From NCBI GenBank assembly GCA_001717025.1, contig MAGU01000079.1, positions 1 through 60,815 on the forward strand: a stretch of 60,815 bases of DNA, given 5' to 3'. Source of the DNA: Candidatus Methanomethylicus oleisabuli (GTDB taxonomy: Archaea > Thermoproteota > Methanomethylicia > Methanomethylicales > Methanomethylicaceae). Of the stretch, positions 35,846-44,525 are shown in pieces. The notes below the pieces were generated by a model. It saw only the letters and a list, made by a program, of their open reading frames with translations. It ran no database searches and was not told the origin of the DNA. A program made the translations under genes and the position numbers. How positions within the stretch are numbered: the stretch's first letter is position 1; every line of letters starts with the position of its first letter.

Positions 35846-36844
35846 TCACTCGATGGCCAGGGCGGTGAGCAGGTCCCTCTCGGTGAGTATGCCGATGATA
35901 CTGCCGCCGTCCTCGACTAGGACTGCCCCCACACAGCTCGTCCTTATCAGGGGGGCGACCTCACCAAGCTGGAGGTCGCTCTTGACTAGAACGACGCCGG
36001 TCCTCATTATGTCGCTCACGGGGGCAGAGAGGACCTGATCCATCTCGTCGAGAAGAACGCGCCTGAATGCTGACCCCTCGCCGATGTACTTGACTATATC
36101 GGTGGAGGCCACTATCCCTACGACCGTATCCCCCTTAACTATAGGGATCCTACGGAATCCATTCGAGGTCATTAGACGGGCAGCCGATTTGATGGAGATG
36201 TCAGAGGATGCCATAAGGGGGTTCCGCGTCATGTAGTCGCTCACCCTCTCAGTCATGGCCCTGCCAGAGAGGTACCTGATGACATCGTACTCAGTGATTA
36301 TGCCAACTAGCACGGATTCCTTGTCAACTATTGGTACGGCGCCTACGTTCTCGTTGATCATCTTTGCCAAGACATCAGAGAAGTTGGAGTCGATCGAAGC
36401 AGAGGTCGCTTTGGACATTATGGAGTCTAGAGGGGCGTATAACGCCGAGAAGAACCTGCCTCCGTACTTCATCTTGACGATGTTGTAGTATTCGCCGCCC
36501 CCAAAGAAGTTGACCATGTCGGTCGCGGTAACTATCCCCTCCAGCCGCCCCCTCGCATCGGTTATCGGGATCCTCCGGATGCTCTTTGATATCATTATCT
36601 CGATCCCCCTTATTATTGGCGAACGAGAGGTGGCTGAGAAGACGGGCTTCTGGATAATGTATTCGAGTTCTTTGGGTTTGCTAAAGACCGCGCTTGAGAA
36701 GTTTGGAGTCCCGTCGCTCCTCAGGATACCACGGATTACCTTTGGAGGCATCGATAAGAACACCTTGTAACAGTACTGTTGGCGAGTTAGAAAAATGTTT
36801 GTGGCACTGAGCGTGGGCAGATTAGTGATGGCTGTTGAGGTCAC
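35846..36844 (-). CDS. CBS domain protein (two CBS pairs)
   Basis: Four CBS repeats (IRRIPITDARGRLEGIVTATD, VGAVPIVDKESVLVGIITEYD, FRRIPIVKGDTVVGIVASTD, VGAVLVEDGGSIIGILTERD). GTG start overlaps the upstream stop as GTGA. Alternative ATG at 36751. Confidence 0.88.
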   Translation of the reverse strand: MTSTAITNLPTLSATNIFLTRQQYCYKVFLSMPPKVIRGILRSDGTPNFSSAVFSKPKELEYIIQKPVFSATSRSPIIRGIEIMISKSIRRIPITDARGRLEGIVTATDMVNFFGGGEYYNIVKMKYGGRFFSALYAPLDSIMSKATSASIDSNFSDVLAKMINENVGAVPIVDKESVLVGIITEYDVIRYLSGRAMTERVSDYMTRNPLMASSDISIKSAARLMTSNGFRRIPIVKGDTVVGIVASTDIVKYIGEGSAFRRVLLDEMDQVLSAPVSDIMRTGVVLVKSDLQLGEVAPLIRTSCVGAVLVEDGGSIIGILTERDLLTALAIE

Positions 36845-38277
36845 AGTGAGTTGATGCGCGACTTGTTCGCTTCGTAGAAGTCGGGCATGAGCTTCATAAC
36901 GAGGGAGAGCATCTGTTTGTCGCTTATCGACAGTGCCTTGCCAGACTCGAATATCTTGAGGATCTCATTGTATATCTTCATGACGCCGGGATGGTCCTTG
37001 TCTATCTTCTCGCCGTTCTTGAGGGCGAAGTAGTAGTTTATCCAGAAGGCGACGCCAGCATTACCGGAGTATGGCGTGATCGAGACGCCTGGTGGTACGC
37101 CTAGGAGCCTCTCTGTGTCGAATGGCAGATACATCTCGATGTTCTTAAGGACCCCGTCCGCGTGTATTCCTGCGCGCGTTATGTTGAAGTTGCGCCCCAC
37201 GAGCGGGTAGAAGGGCGGAATGCTGTACCCCAACTGCGCCTTGTAGAATCTAGCAACGCTCGTTATTGCCAACGTGTCCATGCCGTCAAGGGTCCCCTTT
37301 AGGCCAGCGTATTGGAACACCATCGCCTCCAGCGGGACGTTCCCGGCCCTCTCGCCAATCCCCAGCAGGGTTGTGCTGTTGAGCGAGGCACCGTACATCC
37401 ATGCGGAAGTTGCGTTGGCTATCCCCATATGGAAGTCATTGTGCCCGTGGAATTCGAGCCACTCGGATGGGACGCCAGCGATATGGCGCAGCACGAACAT
37501 GATCTTTGGGATGCTCCTCGGCAGCGATGCTTGAGGCCACGGCAGCCCAAGCCCTAGCGTGTCAGGAACCCTTATCTTGACGGGCAGCCGGTACTTCTCC
37601 GAGAGTGCCATCAGCCTCTTCGCGAACGGCACGACCACCCCAAGGATGTCGGCGCGTGTCGCGTCCTCGATGTGGGCGCGCATAGATATGCCCTGCTTGA
37701 GCCCCTCCTCGATTACATCAAGGTACTTCGATATGACCTGAGAGCGGCTTAGACCTTTGAACTTGTAGAATATATGGTAGTCGGATATCGACGCCAGCAT
37801 ACCGACCTCCTCGACCTTAGCCTCCTTGGCAAGCTGCAGGTCGTCCTTGCTGGCCCTTATCCAGCCGGTTATTCCAGGGTACTGCAGCCCGAGGGCGCGG
37901 CACTGCTTGACGGCTTCCTTGTCTCGGTGCGTGTAGAGGAAGCACTCTGTCATAAGCACCTTCCCCTTGGGACCGCCTATGCTGTTCAAGTATTTGTAAA
38001 GCTTGACGATCTGATCGACGGTGTACGGCTCTCTTGCCTGCTGCCCGTCCCTGAATGTGGTGTCGGTTACCCAAAGATTCTCAGGCATCTCCATTGGCAC
38101 CGTGATTCCATCCCACGTTGCCTTAGGAGGCGCGTCGAATGGAAAGATATCCTTGTAGACCTTTGGGGTCGGGTCGTCGGATATCTCAATATCAGGGGCA
38201 TCTGCTGATTCTGCCCTGATAGCCTTGATCAAGGCATCGCGATCGCAACCGTCAATATTCACCACCAGTTCCTCCAT
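36841..38277 (-). CDS. DRE-TIM metallolyase of the homocitrate/isopropylmalate/Re-citrate synthase family (Re-citrate-synthase-like)
   Basis: TDTTFRDGQQ, HIEDATRAD and FHGHNDFHMGIAN metal/substrate motifs, 478 aa. The Re-CS-like assignment is by motif memory only. Confidence 0.8.
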   Translation of the reverse strand: MEELVVNIDGCDRDALIKAIRAESADAPDIEISDDPTPKVYKDIFPFDAPPKATWDGITVPMEMPENLWVTDTTFRDGQQAREPYTVDQIVKLYKYLNSIGGPKGKVLMTECFLYTHRDKEAVKQCRALGLQYPGITGWIRASKDDLQLAKEAKVEEVGMLASISDYHIFYKFKGLSRSQVISKYLDVIEEGLKQGISMRAHIEDATRADILGVVVPFAKRLMALSEKYRLPVKIRVPDTLGLGLPWPQASLPRSIPKIMFVLRHIAGVPSEWLEFHGHNDFHMGIANATSAWMYGASLNSTTLLGIGERAGNVPLEAMVFQYAGLKGTLDGMDTLAITSVARFYKAQLGYSIPPFYPLVGRNFNITRAGIHADGVLKNIEMYLPFDTERLLGVPPGVSITPYSGNAGVAFWINYYFALKNGEKIDKDHPGVMKIYNEILKIFESGKALSISDKQMLSLVMKLMPDFYEANKSRINSL

Positions 38278-38497
38278 GCAAAACAGAAAGGGTATGAATA
38301 CGCCATATAATTTAAATATATCGGAATTTATTTATTATTTTTTTTATGTTTATGCGTTAAATACTGAAAAATATTCATAAAAAATGGCAAGTATCTGTAT
38401 GGAAAAGTTCAAGACCAGATCTACGGCGATGAAGAGGGGGGTAAAAATGACGGGCATATATCAATTTATAGCAAGGTTTACTTTGCATATGTAAAGT

Positions 38498-38530
38498 GGG
38501 CGCAGGGCTTTCCCTGCGGGGCTTTCGCCC
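38498..38530. terminator. two adjacent GC-rich hairpins abutting the Pop5 stop codon
   Basis: Plus strand reads CGCAGGG-CTTT-CCCTGCG (38501-38518) and GGGC-TTTC-GCCC (38519-38530). On the minus strand the loops read GAAA and AAAG. They sit in an otherwise AT-rich spacer. Confidence 0.4.
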
Positions 38531-38887
38531 TCAGTCCGTCGCGGAATCAACATCTTTAGCATTCTGATTGACTGGGACGGCCTCTTCATCCCCATCACGT
38601 AATCTCATCTGAATAGCTTTTATTCTTTCTCTAGCGTTCTTGATCGATCCAGTCGCGAAGACCGATGATGCCACGCCCTTGAAGATTGCCGGTTCTCTGG
38701 GGTCGCACAGCCGCCTGAGCGCGAATTGGTCCATCCTTACCAGGGCGTATGCCCCCTCTTGAAATATGAGCCTCATCCTCGTCTCCTCGCCCAAGGCGGC
38801 GTGGAGGGAAGAGATGAGGTCGCCGGTCGTCGCGCCTGCTGCGATCCTGAATGCGACGTATCTCCGCCTGTACGGCTTACACTTCAT
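38531..38887 (-). CDS. rnp2: RNase P protein component 2 (Pop5/Rpp14)
   Basis: KPYRRRYVAFRI...ALVRMDQ... matches the Pop5 fold pattern, at the superoperon position. About 25-aa acidic tail. Confidence 0.82.
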   Translation of the reverse strand: MKCKPYRRRYVAFRIAAGATTGDLISSLHAALGEETRMRLIFQEGAYALVRMDQFALRRLCDPREPAIFKGVASSVFATGSIKNARERIKAIQMRLRDGDEEAVPVNQNAKDVDSATD

Positions 38888-38949
38888 GCGGTAGCGCCCC
38901 CTCCGGCATTAAGGATTCGGCGCAGTTGAACAAGAATATGGCGATCCCC

Positions 38950-39435
38950 CTAAGACAGCGCGAGCGCCTCAAGAACAGAGGAGAGGTCATTCTTCCTGAC
39001 GTTTAAGCCTATCCTTACTCGTATCACATCGTCCTCGTCCGAGAGCCTTGCGGTGCCGAGGAATGCCATCTGCTTGCTCAGCCTGATGAAGACGTTGGAT
39101 TGCCCGTCGTAGAACGTCAATATGCGGTCCTTAAGCCTGAGCCGGTCTCCGACAGGCAGTATCTTGAGCATATAGTCGACCGCCTCACGGGCGGCGCCCT
39201 TCTCATTCACGACTGCTTGTATGAGGACGATCCGGTTTCCGTGGTGGCCCTCTGCTGCAGACGAGGTTATTTCGAGGGAACCCCTCAGCTGCGGGGGGGT
39301 AAGACCAGCGAGGGCTGCCCTGACCTTGGACTCGTCCTCCGTCGAATGGGCTATTGTGCTTAAGTAGACTGCTCTTATTGTCAATTGCCCACCCCTGAAG
39401 GATGCTGGCTTATGTCTGTCATCCGCCGATGCCAT
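38950..39435 (-). CDS. predicted RNA-binding protein (DUF54/COG1931-like)
   Basis: 161 aa. Conserved neighbour of L15e in the archaeal superoperon. AHSTEDESKV and IRLSKQMAF motifs, from memory. Confidence 0.65.
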   Translation of the reverse strand: MASADDRHKPASFRGGQLTIRAVYLSTIAHSTEDESKVRAALAGLTPPQLRGSLEITSSAAEGHHGNRIVLIQAVVNEKGAAREAVDYMLKILPVGDRLRLKDRILTFYDGQSNVFIRLSKQMAFLGTARLSDEDDVIRVRIGLNVRKNDLSSVLEALALS

Positions 39436-39483
39436 AAAAGATCGCGCCCCTAAAAAAATAGGGCTTTAAGGCTTATAGCCTTT

Positions 39484-40065
39484 CTATTCCTTCTTGTAGT
39501 TCACCGAGCGACCCTTCCCAAACTTCTCCGCGCCCTTGCCGCTCCTGAATAGCCCCCTTGCCTTCCTGCCGGCTGGCGAGAGCCCCTTAAATACCCTGCC
39601 GCGCTGTGCCGGAGACGCAACCCAAGCGAGGTTCTTGTCGGACAGTATGGATGGGCTAAAAGGATCCACGAGGATTACCTCGTACCAAGCGTACCTGCCA
39701 TCTGAACCGACCCAGTAGCTGCCGAGGACCTCCATATTGGGGAACTTCCTCGCAACCCTCTCCTCGGCGACCCACCTTGTGCTCTTCCTTGAAGTGATGC
39801 CGTAGACGCCCATCCTCTTTGGGCGCCTCCCTGAACTGGGCCGCTCTACGTTCATCGGACCCCTAATGATCCTGACTCGGGCAACCACTATGCCTTGCTT
39901 CGCCTTGTAACCAAGTGAGCGGGCCTGGTCAAGCCTCGTAGGGTTCTCAATGGTCACGATAGCAGGACTCCTGCGCCATGAAACGAGACGCTTGCTCCGG
40001 AGTTCCCTGACGAGCCCCTCGCTTGGCTTCTTCCAAGCCTCACCGATATACTTGTATGCCGACAT
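39484..40065 (-). CDS. rpl15e: ribosomal protein eL15
   Basis: SAYKYIGEAWKKP...LGYKAKQGIVVARVRIIRG. Confidence 0.95.
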   Translation of the reverse strand: MSAYKYIGEAWKKPSEGLVRELRSKRLVSWRRSPAIVTIENPTRLDQARSLGYKAKQGIVVARVRIIRGPMNVERPSSGRRPKRMGVYGITSRKSTRWVAEERVARKFPNMEVLGSYWVGSDGRYAWYEVILVDPFSPSILSDKNLAWVASPAQRGRVFKGLSPAGRKARGLFRSGKGAEKFGKGRSVNYKKE

Positions 40066-40083
40066 TGCCGCATCAACCGCAGA

Positions 40084-41016
40084 CTACAGCGTTCTAAAGG
40101 CGTTAATAATGTTTTCGGCTATAGCGATGGCGCCTACTACCTGAGCCTCACGGGTCTGGGCCCCTATATGGGGGGTGACGATCACGTTTGGCATCCTGAC
40201 GAGATCCAGCTCTTGGGGCTCGACCGGCGGCTCGTGCTCGAGGACGTCCAAGGCTGCGCCAGCCAGCTTGCCAGATTTTAGAGCGTCGGTCAGCGCCTTG
40301 GTATCGACGACCTCGCCGCGCGAGGCGTTGATGAGGCAAGCGCCGCGCTTGAATGATGAGATCAGCTTCGAGTCAAACATATGAGTGGTCTCGGGCATGA
40401 GCGGGACGTGTATAGTCACTATGTCAGACCTCATTACAACCTCCTCTACGGTCGCTGCGCGCTCAGCATTGAGCCTCTTCAGCGTGGCTTCGTCCACTAC
40501 GACGTCATAGACGAGTATGGACATGTTGAAGGCTTTGGCCCTCTCGGCGACTGCCCTGCCTATTCTTCCGAATCCGACCACGCCCAGGACCTTGCCATTG
40601 AGCTCGGAGCCAATAAACCGCTTCTTCTCCCATAGCCCTTTCTTGATCGACTCATTCGCGAGGTGGACTGACCTGACGAGGCAGAGCATCATTGCCATGA
40701 CGAGCTCTGCGACGGCGACCGTCGACATCTGGGGGGTGTTCACAACCTTGATCTTTGCCTCCTCGGCGGCCTTTGCATCGATGTTGTCAAGCCCAACGCC
40801 CACCCTGCCAATTAGCTTCAGCTTAATGCCGGCCTCGATTATGGTCTTGGTGACCTTGGTCCTGCTCCTCACGACCAATACGTCGTAGTCCTTTATAGCA
40901 ACCTTCAGCTCGTCTGGGGTAATGTCGAAGTCCTCGGTAACCTCGAAGCCCGCCGCACGCAGCTTCGAGGTGGCGAGGGAATCAACTTCGTCGGCTATGA
41001 GTACCTTCATCAGCAT
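40084..41016 (-). CDS. serA: D-3-phosphoglycerate dehydrogenase-like 2-hydroxyacid dehydrogenase (no ACT domain)
   Basis: GVVGFGRIGRAVA NAD motif, plus catalytic R/E/H context (ASRGEVVD, HIGAQT). The track start GTG 41043 overlaps a TATA-like ATATTTTATT, so ATG 41016 or 41010 is more likely. Confidence 0.85.
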   Translation of the reverse strand: MLMKVLIADEVDSLATSKLRAAGFEVTEDFDITPDELKVAIKDYDVLVVRSRTKVTKTIIEAGIKLKLIGRVGVGLDNIDAKAAEEAKIKVVNTPQMSTVAVAELVMAMMLCLVRSVHLANESIKKGLWEKKRFIGSELNGKVLGVVGFGRIGRAVAERAKAFNMSILVYDVVVDEATLKRLNAERAATVEEVVMRSDIVTIHVPLMPETTHMFDSKLISSFKRGACLINASRGEVVDTKALTDALKSGKLAGAALDVLEHEPPVEPQELDLVRMPNVIVTPHIGAQTREAQVVGAIAIAENIINAFRTL

Positions 41017-41249
41017 CAACTCGCACAGTGGTGGATAGGGCACGCCGAATAAAATATCTTATGTTCCACGCGAGATCAGGCTACCCGACCACCGCCCCCC
41101 GCGGCTTGCACTCCCCCTTAGAGGGGCGTTCACGAGCGCGTTAGGGCATAGCGCCACTGCAAAAGCGTTATAGCAGGAATGTGTGAATTCACCTATGTCC
41201 AGCAGGGGGCATCGTTTGTTCCGTTACCGCGGACGGGTAGCTGAGAGAG

Positions 41250-42461
41250 ATGATAGCAGGCATAGTTGGCAAGACAAACGTTGGAAAATCAACGTTCTTC
41301 TCCGCCGCAACGTTGGCGCCATCAAAGATAGGGCCATACCCATTTGTGACGATAGAGCCGAACAGGGGCGTGGGCAGCATCAGGGTGAGGTGCGTCTGCA
41401 AGGAGCTAGGAGTAAGCGACAATCCGAGGAATGCGGTCTGCCACAGCGGCACAAGGTGGGTGCCGGTAGAGTTGATCGATGTTGCAGGCCTGGTTCCCGA
41501 TGCGCATAAGGGCAGGGGGCTCGGCAACAAGTTCCTTGACGACCTCAGGCAGGCCGACGGCTTCATACATGTGGTTGATGCGGCGGGCATGACCGAGGCC
41601 AACGGCAACGTCTGTGCGCCTGGAACGAGGGACCCGGCGGACGACGTGAGGTTCCTCGAGTACGAGATCGCGATGTGGATGTTCGGGATCCTGAAGAAGG
41701 ACTGGGAAAAGATAGTAAAAGGCGTCATCCAGCTGAAGGAGGATCCTGTAGCGCTTCTGACGGAGAGGCTCACGGGGCTGATGTTCGCGAAGAAGAACGT
41801 GCTGACCGCCCTAAAGTCGAGGGATGAGCTGAGCAAGAGGATCGACCTGTGGGGCGACGACGAGATAATGATCTTTGTGGATGCGCTGAGGAGGGGGTCC
41901 AAGCCCATGGTGATAGCAGCGAATAAGATAGACATCCCCATTGCGGAGGAGAACCTCAAGAGGCTGAAGGACGAGTTTAAGGGATACACGATAATAGGCT
42001 GCGCGGCTGAGGCAGAGCTGGCACTCAGGCTAGCCTCAAAGAAGGGTCTGATAAGCTACATGCCAGGCGACGGGAAATTCGCGATAAACCAGGGAGCGCA
42101 GCTCACGGATAAGCAGAGGGAGGGTCTGAAGAAGATAGAGGCTATACTGAACTCGTTCGGTAGCACGGGCGTTCAAGATGCGATAGATGCGGTCTACAAG
42201 AAGGAGCTCAGGATGATCCCAGTCTTCCCCGTCGAGGACGCGAACAAGTTCACCGACCACAAGGGGAATGTCCTCCCGGACACACTGCTCGTGCAGGAGG
42301 GCACTACGGCGAGGGGGCTCGCATACAAGATACACACTGACTTGGGCGATGGCTTTCTATACGCGATCGACGCAAAGACTGGGCAGAAGATCGGCGAGGA
42401 TTACCAGCTGAAGGAGAGGGACGTTATAAAGATAGTCTCGGCTAAGGGACTTAGGGGCTAG
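41250..42461 (+). CDS. ychF: OBG-family P-loop NTPase YchF/DRG-like with TGS domain
   Basis: GIVGKTNVGKSTFF, DVAGLV and NKID. C-terminal TGS-like RDVIKIVS. Confidence 0.9.
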   Translation: MIAGIVGKTNVGKSTFFSAATLAPSKIGPYPFVTIEPNRGVGSIRVRCVCKELGVSDNPRNAVCHSGTRWVPVELIDVAGLVPDAHKGRGLGNKFLDDLRQADGFIHVVDAAGMTEANGNVCAPGTRDPADDVRFLEYEIAMWMFGILKKDWEKIVKGVIQLKEDPVALLTERLTGLMFAKKNVLTALKSRDELSKRIDLWGDDEIMIFVDALRRGSKPMVIAANKIDIPIAEENLKRLKDEFKGYTIIGCAAEAELALRLASKKGLISYMPGDGKFAINQGAQLTDKQREGLKKIEAILNSFGSTGVQDAIDAVYKKELRMIPVFPVEDANKFTDHKGNVLPDTLLVQEGTTARGLAYKIHTDLGDGFLYAIDAKTGQKIGEDYQLKERDVIKIVSAKGLRG

Positions 42462-42487
42462 GCTACCGGCGCGGTTCAACGATAGGG

Positions 42488-42820
42488 CTATCGCAGGGTA
42501 CGCTCGTAGTATCCAGGGAGCCTCTTCGCGCCGAAGCTCCTCACGCCGTGCTCGGAGATCCTCCTTTTGAGCGAGGCGGCATAAGCCCGCGATATCTCGC
42601 CCCGCTTCTCCATGAAGCAGACTATCTCCATTGCCTCCTCGTCCGTGCTGCAGCGCTGGATGAAGTCCAGCACGGAGGGGTCGTAACCGCGCCCTCGGTC
42701 CAGCTTGATTGCACTCACCCTGTGGCAACCGTCTTCGCGCGGTACTCCGGAGTTCCCGTCCACCTCCTCGTGGAGGTGAGGATAGCTCTTCTTGAGCTCC
42801 TTCTCATCGATCCCCTTCAT
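42488..42820 (-). CDS. small conserved archaeal protein (DUF2095-like, tentative)
   Basis: 110 aa. VLDFIQRCSTDEEAMEIVCFMEKRGEIS pattern. Overlaps the upstream radical SAM gene by 17 nt. Confidence 0.55.
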   Translation of the reverse strand: MKGIDEKELKKSYPHLHEEVDGNSGVPREDGCHRVSAIKLDRGRGYDPSVLDFIQRCSTDEEAMEIVCFMEKRGEISRAYAASLKRRISEHGVRSFGAKRLPGYYERTLR

Positions 42821-44525
42821 CTAAGACACCGCACGACCGCATGTATTCTCGTTCAAGAGAAGATTTCGGCACCGCCCCTTTTATCGCTTCCCAAGGCAGG
42901 GTGTCGCCGATGCCCCAAGGCCTGTACAGATCATCCAGGCTCTTACCCATACCCCTGAGTGTGCGCCTCCATGATCCGAGGTCCCCCCTCCCGCCCGAGG
43001 CGATGTCATTTGAGACGAGCAGGAGCGCGTCGCCTGCGGGTGCGCCGCCGGTCGAGAGGAATGCCTGCACCACGCCCCAGCGGTGGTCCATCGACTCCAC
43101 GCGCCGGATCCCGAGCTCGGAGCATATGCGTGTGAATAGCCTCAGCCTCCGTGCATAGTCCTCCCGCTTGATCATGGAAGCCCACTGGAAGGGGGTGTTG
43201 CTCTTCGGGATCATTGGGTTCACGCTGATATGGATCGACCGGGGCTGGAAGCCGGCGGATATGATGCGGCGCAGTAGTGGCGCTAGGCACTCCACGTCCG
43301 AATCGGTCTCAGTTGGTATGCCGAGCATGAAGTACAGCTTCAGCGAGGTTATGCCAGCAGCGCGGTACCTTGATAGGCATGAGATGAGAGCCCCATCATC
43401 GAATCGCTTGTTTATCGCTTCCCTGAGCCTCTCGGACGGGGTCTCCGGCGCGACCGTTATAGACCTCTGCCCCCCTGCGGAGAGGAGGGATGGCAGCTCG
43501 TCGCCCTTTTCAGACACCCTTATCGAGGGGAGGGAGAAGGAGAGGCCCCTGTCGCGCATGGACGAGAGGATCTCAGTGAGGCCCGGGTGATCGAAGAATG
43601 ATGAGCTTATGCAGGTGACGCGCCTAGATCCCATCCTAGGCACCCCTTCGTCCAAGATGGCAGCTATCCTGCCGGGCGACCTCTGCCTTCGAGGCTGGTA
43701 AAGGAAGCACTCCAAGCAGAACCTGCACCCCCGGCTACAACCCCTGCTGATCTCGAGCAGGAATGAGCCAGGGAACCCCTCGGCGCCAGGCTGATGCACC
43801 TGCCTCACAGAATGATAGGCACCGTCAAGGTCGTCCACGCGAATCCTCTCGGCGGCGCGCCCCCGCGAGTATATGCCAGGCAGGCTCCTGATCGAGGCGT
43901 AATCGCCGCGGCTTGCCAGATCAAGCATTTGGTCGAGTACAGGCTCTGCCTCGCCGATTATGAATAGGTCCACGAAGCGCTCCAGCGGGGATGGGTTGGC
44001 AGATGTGGACGGCCCGCCTGCAATCACGACTGGCGAGCGGCGGTTCCCCGACTCGACGGGGATTCCTGACGAGCGGAGCATGTCGAGCATCCTCGTATAG
44101 TCCATCTCGTGCTGCATGGAGAATCCCACTATGTCGAAGGCGTCTAGGGGGGCGCCGGACTCCATGCTTAGAGGGGGGACGCCATAGTCGGAGAAGAAGA
44201 ACCTCTCGCAGAGGCAGTCCTCTCTGTTGTTGATCATCTCGTAGAGCAGCCGCACCGCCAGATTGCTGATCCCGGCGCTGTATGGGCTGGGGTACGCGAG
44301 CGCGAATTTCAGCCTGACGTGCCGCCTATCCTTTACGGTAACATTCAGCTCCCGCAGTCTGCCCAAGTCGGCTAACGCCTCTTGTGCATCTCGAATAAGC
44401 GCCTCTCGGATACGAGCATGCCCGGAGGCACGTCCCGGTCTAGGGCCGTGTGCGGCGAGATCCAGCTGCCGTATCCGACCTTCACTCCTGGCGAGATGCT
44501 GACGTTGATGCCTGTCTTGACGCAA
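42804..44525 (-). CDS. radical SAM protein with N-terminal B12-binding-like domain
   Basis: CxxxCxxC in EISRGCSRGCRFCLE. The longest ORF overlaps the glmU-like gene by 154 nt. An in-frame TTG at 44366, 5 nt after that gene's stop, is the more plausible start. Confidence 0.85.
   Translation of the reverse strand: MRQDRHQRQHLARSEGRIRQLDLAAHGPRPGRASGHARIREALIRDAQEALADLGRLRELNVTVKDRRHVRLKFALAYPSPYSAGISNLAVRLLYEMINNREDCLCERFFFSDYGVPPLSMESGAPLDAFDIVGFSMQHEMDYTRMLDMLRSSGIPVESGNRRSPVVIAGGPSTSANPSPLERFVDLFIIGEAEPVLDQMLDLASRGDYASIRSLPGIYSRGRAAERIRVDDLDGAYHSVRQVHQPGAEGFPGSFLLEISRGCSRGCRFCLECFLYQPRRQRSPGRIAAILDEGVPRMGSRRVTCISSSFFDHPGLTEILSSMRDRGLSFSLPSIRVSEKGDELPSLLSAGGQRSITVAPETPSERLREAINKRFDDGALISCLSRYRAAGITSLKLYFMLGIPTETDSDVECLAPLLRRIISAGFQPRSIHISVNPMIPKSNTPFQWASMIKREDYARRLRLFTRICSELGIRRVESMDHRWGVVQAFLSTGGAPAGDALLLVSNDIASGGRGDLGSWRRTLRGMGKSLDDLYRPWGIGDTLPWEAIKGAVPKSSLEREYMRSCGVLDEGDR

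Noticed and set aside
41189-41989. 266-aa ORF antisense to ychF
   Set aside because: It lies entirely inside and opposite a well-supported YchF gene. The sequence is Ser/Leu/Pro-rich and low-complexity with no motifs. This is a typical shadow ORF of a GC-rich gene.
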